This document shows, piece by piece, positions 53,239 to 59,868 of a DNA stretch of 59,868 bases. A program made the translations under genes and the position numbers. The stretch is from Tubiluchus corallicola (lineage: Eukaryota; Animalia; Priapulida), in contig JAQGDQ010001139.1 of NCBI GenBank assembly GCA_030141605.1, positions 1 through 59,868 on the forward strand, in the 5' to 3' direction. Position 1 is the first letter of the stretch. Every line of letters starts with the position of its first letter. The notes under the pieces were generated by a model, which saw only the letters and a program-made list of their open reading frames with translations, was not told the DNA's origin and ran no database searches.

Positions 53239-53872
53239 TTGTCTTGAAATTTGATACCACACACACACACACACACACACTTTGCCTTGTTGCGTCAGTA
53301 GTTTTAATTATTTTTTTCCTGTCAGTAAGATCAAAAGTGTGTTTTGGTGAGCAAGTGGTGCACACTGGGAAGGTGGAAAGCTTGGTGCACACTGGGAAGG
53401 TGGAAAGCTTGGTGCACACTGGGAAGATGGAATGTTTTAATTTTTTTGGTACACTCTTTAAAATTAGTTTTTCTTTCACTTCATCATCAATAGATACACA
53501 TCAATCTCTGTGCGTGTGTGTGTGTGCGTGCGTGCGCGTGCGTGCATGTGTGGGTGTGTGTGTGCGTGCGTGCACTTAGATTTAAACCAAATTTTATTTG
53601 ACACGAAAACATTTATATGTGGCCGATCAGTTGGGCATTTCTAAAATTAGATAAATTAAACTGGATCGACTGGTCCTAACTACTTGGATTGTTTTTTATT
53701 TTCATTAATTTGATCAATTATTTCAGCAATTTACCAGCAAACCAGGTTTTTACATGTTTTTACTTGCGCATTCTCTGATTAATATAGCATTTGAATACAA
53801 ATTATAAGCAACTAATGCATTAAAAAGCAGAAGATATGCACTAAGAGACAAATGAACTAGGACTGTCATTAA

Positions 53873-55430
53873 CCCTTATAGGGTCACGATTTTTTACAAC
53901 CGATTTTGGTAACGGGGGGGGGTAAAAAATTAAACCCACCTTAATTCGTAAATTACTTTTGGTAAATCGCCGTGTTTCATTAGTAAACAGCAACAGCATA
54001 ATTTGTGGTGATGCTGACCACCATAGGATACATTATACCTCTGCTTAAAGACGTGTGACTTACTAGTAATACGATAGTTAAATTTACTTAGTTACGTTCC
54101 CCCTTGTGCATGCGAATAAGACGATCACGTACTCTTGTTTGCTTGCCCGTTTCCCACATCTGAAGGTGTTGAGTGACTGAGTTTATGACCTGATTGATTG
54201 TCTTTGTAGTTGTGAGTAGACTAGCTATACGTCAGCATACAGACGTCTGACATTTTGTTTTATCAGATACATCGCCCGTATAATGTATAGACAAGCGAAG
54301 TAAAGTTTCGACAATTTTAAAAAATCGACATATTGCATTTTCATTTCGTGGTGAGATAATGCGCCTAAAATAAATAACTGAAAGTATTTTGTGCACAAAA
54401 CATATTTAGAAAAAGTCATAGAAAAGGTTTACTGGGATGCATATGGTCAGGGGCGTCGTGCACAAAAAAAAAAAATTGGGGGGCCCGACTGTATATAATG
54501 GCGGAACTTAACTGTTTAAAAAACGTATAATTTTAAAAAAATAAACAGTATTTTGCGTGCAAGAAAACGATTTATTTATTCCCAACTGGCATTTAACTTA
54601 AAGCTATAGCAACGGAAACTAAATTAAAATTAAATTAAATTACAGTAGATACAGACGCCGTAGAACCTGGGTCGGGAACACGGTTGGACTTGAAAAATGA
54701 AGTTAGATTGGCCTTGACATCGTTTAAGAAATATAGGCAAAATCGAAGCGAAAACTAGCAAAGATTTTCCTAGCAGGAGAAAATGATGAAATGTGCTCAA
54801 AATCACGCCCTTTTATGCAGCAAACTCGTGGGAAAGAGTCACTAAGGACTAGCAAAGAGTAGGCAATGTCCAATCAGGAGGTAGCTGAGCCGTGGCTCAT
54901 CAATTTGTATCTCCCAAACCGACTCTCTGGTACTAGGCTAGCTCGACAAACTGACTCTCGGGTACTAGGCTAGCTCAACATGACTTCAATGTTTGCATTG
55001 TTTTTACTCTATTATTTCACTTATTCTCTATTATGACCCACTGCTGAACGAAGCTCGAGTGCTAACTGAGCCGTTTTGTTAACTAACAGTCTTTTGTGCA
55101 AAGACGCTAATGCTACTCAACGAGCTGTTAACTATTCCTGCCTGCCTCCTGAATAGATTACATGCAAACAAATTAACTACATCCTGACTTTCAGGTAAAC
55201 ACATACTCATGCTCATACTGTTCGCATTTATGGAGCGCTGGCCGCGTGTCAAAAAGTCCGAAATAAATTTGCTTACCGGTCTCATTACGAGCCGCTGACA
55301 CCCTTCAAATTTTTGACATTTTCTAAAAAAATTGGGGGGGGGCCGGCACGACGCCACTGATATGGTAAAAGGGTAAAATGCAAAAAACCGGTCTGGGGGT
55401 AATTTTTTACCCCCTGTGACCCTATAAGGG
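53873..55430. mobile_element. Non-autonomous piggyBac-type element
   Basis: TTAA|CCCTTATAGGGTCAC ... GTGACCCTATAAGGG|TTAA: perfect 15-bp TIRs with a TTAA duplication. Confidence 0.88.
54448..55359. mobile_element. hAT-like non-autonomous element nested in the piggyBac element
   Basis: Termini CAGGGGCGTCGTGC / GCACGACGCCACTG flanked by the direct repeat ATATGGT. Confidence 0.75.
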
Positions 55431-57367
55431 TTAAGGTAAAGTAGCAGCAAATATTAAGGCCAGTGTGAATCTGACTTAATAAATTTTAATTTTGTAGCCA
55501 TGGTGGCTCCATCTAGCTGGAAAGTTTAAAGTGTTGGCATTGACCTAGTTATGTAAGTTTACTTCTATTAATTTTATTTTGATTTATTCATTGATACTTT
55601 TGAATGGACTAAATAACTGTCAATCTAACTAAACTATGTAACTTTTCATAAAATTAGTCAATGTCAGTCACCTTTGCTTTTCTATTTTAATTTTTAAATA
55701 TTTCAGAAATAAAGATCAGTGGTTTACATTAAATTCAACTGAAAATTTTGAAGATTTTACACAAATGCCTGTCAAAGACACTAGCACTGCACAATCAGTA
55801 AAGAATTTATCAACGAGTTGGGCTGTCACAAACTAGTAAAACAAACATATAAACGTTCATGAGATTTAATGAGCATAATACTGTTGTAGAAGTTTATTTG
55901 ATGTAAAAAAGGTTTTAGCCAAAAATCTCGTAAAAAAATTAACATGTATGAACACGGTACCTTTGACAAAAAAGTTAATACGACAGGCATACCTGGACAA
56001 TTTCGTTATGCCAAAGACGGGCAATAGTATAAATTGTGGGGAGTTTTGCTAATACTTAATAATAAAAAAACTAAATTTGTGATTCTTCATTAAGCAGTGC
56101 ACAAATATAACAAAACTGCCTCTAATGTTAAAACAAAGGTGCATCTATGTGGCCTTTGCTCCTTTGTGTAATGCATTGTAATATAATTAGTAGGGTCAAT
56201 ATAATAGAACAAATAACCCTATGCCAAAAAATGCAGGAAAATCTTGCGTTTTTGGTCCATTACTATTTCGTCCAGAAAATAACTTATGAAGATTTGACCA
56301 TAAAATATCTAATAATGACGTCAAAAAGATGACTACGCTCGCATATTGTTGACAGATTTACTGTAACTTTCTTGAATGCTGTTTGGTTACGTTTACCATT
56401 CTTGTATGTACGTGGATTGACAACGAGACTATGATTTTGATACATCGCAAAATACGGACTTTAAAATACACATCGCAATGTTAAACCAAGTTTTCATCCA
56501 TTGATTTCATCTGATTAGCAACTTCAAAAACAATGTAATTAACCTGACAGTGTCGGTTGTTTGTTCTTTGCAAAACCCCCAGCGAAACTCAGGCATCACG
56601 TGACATACAAGTTTACCAACATCCATTCGCTCATCGTATTCGCATTATGTCACTCAAAAGCTCCGTATTAATTTTTTCTTTAGTTGCACGAATGATGTTC
56701 AATGTTACTTTAAATGCTACTTTCAAACCCTCTATTTTTCATTAAACTTTTTCAAATTGGACAGGAACTGCATTCAAATTTGGAGTCCACTGTAGCTTTA
56801 GTCTTCAAAAATCAAATTAAAGGTTACTACTAATTACTGAACAAGTAGTATGTCACGTACCAGTGCTTGCATGATTGTTCATACACATTATGAAAAAGAA
56901 ATTCCGATCAAACACATTAGATTTGCTTCAACATCACTTTTATTCATCATACTGATTACTGCAAAACACCACTATAATACACTAAATACGTCTTTTCCTA
57001 TTTGCTGTAATTTTTCTCTCATAAATGAAAGTAAAATTGTCACAAATTGTTACCAAATAAACAGCTTTACAATAGCATATTGGCATGGTGAACAAGTTAA
57101 TAAATTCCATAGTGACCTTAAAAATTACATTTTTGATCTTATTGTTGATAACAAAAGCTATTCAAAATTCACTGACTTTAGCTTATTAGCATTAAATGTA
57201 TTTCTGAAACACCAATAAAACTTGATCCACAAAATACAGAAAATTATTATTAGTAAACAAAGGAGTAAACAGTTTCCTTGATAATCAAACAGACTTAGAA
57301 AATCCGAATGTTCAGATGTTTTTACTGCATGAATATCTGTGAAGAAGATATTTGATAGTGAAGTTAT

Positions 57368-58936
57368 CTAACCAACACCAAGAATATGTAACTGCACTGC
57401 AGAAAGCTGACTACACTCATAGAATACCACATAATTCAATAAGATAAATAACAACTTGTTCTTAATAAGCAACTTACTTATGTGTATTGTGTGGTAATAA
57501 GACTTTGTAGTGTAGTGTAGTGTAGTGTAACCAATACAAAGTATATATACTTGCACAAACGTGAGCATAAAATAAAATAAAATACCCTCACGAAATACCA
57601 CATTATTCAACTGCTAAATGATATCTTATTGTTAATAGGCAACTTATTCATGTGTAATAATAAGAGTTTGTAGTGAAGGTTCATAACCAACACAAAGTAT
57701 ATATAATTGCACTGCAGAGAGCATAAAATAAAATATACGCACAAAAACCACATTATTCAACTGCTAAATGATATCTCATTGTTAATAGGCAACTTATTCA
57801 TGTGTATTGTGCGATAATAAGACTTTGTAGTGAAGGTGCCTAACCAACACAAAATATATATAATTGCACTACAGCGAGCATAAAATAAAATGAAATACTC
57901 TCACGAAATAACACATTATTCAACTGCTAAATGATGTCTTATTGTTAATAGGCAACTTATTCATGTGTACTGTGTGATAATAAAACTTTGTAGTGAAGGT
58001 GCCTAACCAACACAAAGTATATATAATTGCACTGCAGTGAGCATAAAATAAAATAAAATACCCTCACAAAATACCACATTATTCAACTGCTAAAGGATAT
58101 CTTACTGTTAATAAGCAACTTATTTATGTGTATTGTGTGATAATAAAACTTTGTAGTGAAGGTGCCTAACCAACACAAAGTATAATATAATTGCACTGCA
58201 GTGAGCATAAAATAAAATATACGCACAAAAACCACATTATTCAACTGCTAAATGATATCTCATTGTTAATAGGCAACTTATTCATGTGTATTGTGCGATA
58301 ATAAGACTTTGTAGTGAAGGTGCCTAACCAACACGAAATATATATAATTGCACTACAGCGAGCATAAAATAAAAGGAAATACTCTCACGAAATAACACAT
58401 TATTCAACTGCTAAATGATATCTTATTGTTAATAGGCAATTTATTCATGTGTATTGTGTGATAATAAAACTTTGTAGTGAAGGTGCCTAACCAACACAAA
58501 GTATATATAATTGCATTGCAGTGAGCATAAAATAAAATAAAATACCCTCACAAAATACCACATTATTCAACTGCTAAAGGATATCTTACTGTTAATAAGC
58601 AACTTATTTATGTGTATTGTGTGATAATAAAACGTTGTAGTGAAGGTGCCTAACCAACACAAAGTATAATATAATTGCACTGCAGTGAGCATAAAATAAA
58701 ATATACGCACAAAAACCACATTATTCAACTGCTAAATGATATCTCATTGTTAATAGGCAACTTATTCATGTGTATTGTGCGATAATAAGACTTTGTAGTT
58801 AAGGTGCCTAACCAACACAAAATATATATAATTGCACTACAGCGAGCATAAAATAAAATAAAATACTCTCACGAAATAACACATTATTCAACTGCTAAAT
58901 GATATCTTATTGCTAATAGGCAACTTATTCATGTGT
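57368..58936. repeat. ~160 bp satellite, about 9-10 copies, with three-monomer higher-order structure
   Basis: cattattcaactgctaaa recurs about every 150-163 bp; diagnostic variants recur about every 484 bp. Confidence 0.92.
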
Positions 58937-59395
58937 GTTGAGTGGGACTATCTCGCTACACACACGCACAGTTACTGTAGGTCAATGTTGTTGAAAAGAC
59001 TTATTGTTCAACAACAAAAAGGTAAAATAGAAAAAAAATAAAAACCAGGGATTCTGAATAAACACCTTCTCAAATAAGCCTTTCACAAGTTTGATTTGTT
59101 GCAGTCTGCTAATTAATATGTAAATTAAAAGGTAGTTGCAAAATTTTTTGTTACATTTTTTATCAGTAGTCTTTCTCTTGGTTGTCCAATTAGTGACGGG
59201 AAGTAGCCAAAAATAACATTATCCAAAAATTAGGAGATTCCAGGCTCTTAAATGGCAAATAGTAGCCATTATAAGCAATGACTTATCTGTATGTGGGTTG
59301 TCAGAGAGAGAAAGTCTAATTTAACAGTGAGTTTTACTATTTGGTAACCAGATTGTTATGGGTCTAGTTGCAGGTGATGATCTCAGTAAAAGTAG

Positions 59396-59830
59396 TTTGC
59401 CTAAATACCAATTAAATAGCCACTGAAGGAATTGTGGGTAGTGGTGTACAAGTTTCCAATGTTGTACCTAATGTAAAGTTCATTTGCCTAAATACCAATT
59501 AAACAGCCACTGAAGGAGTTGTGGGTAGTGGTGTACAAGTTTCCAATGTTGTACCTAATGTAAAGTTCATTTGCCTAAATACCAATTAAATAGCCACTGA
59601 AGGAATTGTGGGTAGTGGGGTACAAGATTCCAATGTTGTACCTAATGTAGACTTCATTTGCCTAAATATCAATTAAACAGCCACTGAAGGAGTTGTGGAT
59701 AGTGGTGTACAAGTTTCCAACGTTGTACCTAATGTAAACTTCATTTGCCTAAATACCAATTAAATAGCCACTGAAGGAATTGTGGGTAGTGGGGTACAAG
59801 ATTCCAATGTTGTACCTAATGTAGACTTCA
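59396..59830. repeat. 5 x 87 bp tandem repeat made of the C1q gene's last codons and stop
   Basis: tttgcctaaat starts at 59396, 59483, 59570, 59657 and 59744. Confidence 0.93.
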
Positions 59831-59868
59831 TCTTCCCTTTCCAGCTTAAGAATGACTGAATTTCCTGT
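59749..59868 (-). CDS. 3' end of a second C1q-domain gene that continues beyond the window
   Basis: TGNSVILKLEREDEVYIRYNIGILYPTTHNSFSGYLIGI* matches the gC1q C-terminal pattern (SVILxLxxxDEVY...SFSGYLI). Confidence 0.8.
   Translation of the reverse strand, partial: TGNSVILKLEREDEVYIRYNIGILYPTTHNSFSGYLIGI

Noticed and set aside
53357-53432. Short triple repeat ggtgcacactgggaag
   Set aside because: Ordinary local duplication with no supporting context.

Overview
AT-rich, intron-containing, microsatellite-rich animal (most likely invertebrate) genomic DNA; no prokaryotic operons, rRNA or CRISPR arrays are visible. Splice sites were reconstructed by hand. The recognisable host genes are a two-exon heparan-sulfate 6-O-sulfotransferase (18150-21921, +), a two-exon CCDC51 (34598-30434, -) and an intronless secreted vWA-domain gene (14140-13121, -). 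An unrecognised family of type I membrane proteins with cytoplasmic PPxY/LPxY motifs is present as a + strand copy, an inverted truncated copy and a - strand copy that appears to host other genes in a ~15.7 kb intron. Minus-strand Ig exons are followed in compatible phase by C1q exons, giving a probably damaged Ig+C1q gene, and a second C1q gene ends at the window edge with its last 87 bp, stop codon included, repeated five times in frame. A triplicated two-exon orphan gene (45.6-49.2 kb) has a conserved, largely open intron that ends in a stop codon overlapping AATAAA. Mobile DNA includes CR1/L2-type LINE pieces (one ORF1-only), a 5'-truncated Gypsy element with its LTR, a deleted Tc1, a piggyBac-type element with a nested hAT-like element, LTR-like inverted pairs and satellites. 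All gene models are manual inferences without database or transcript support.
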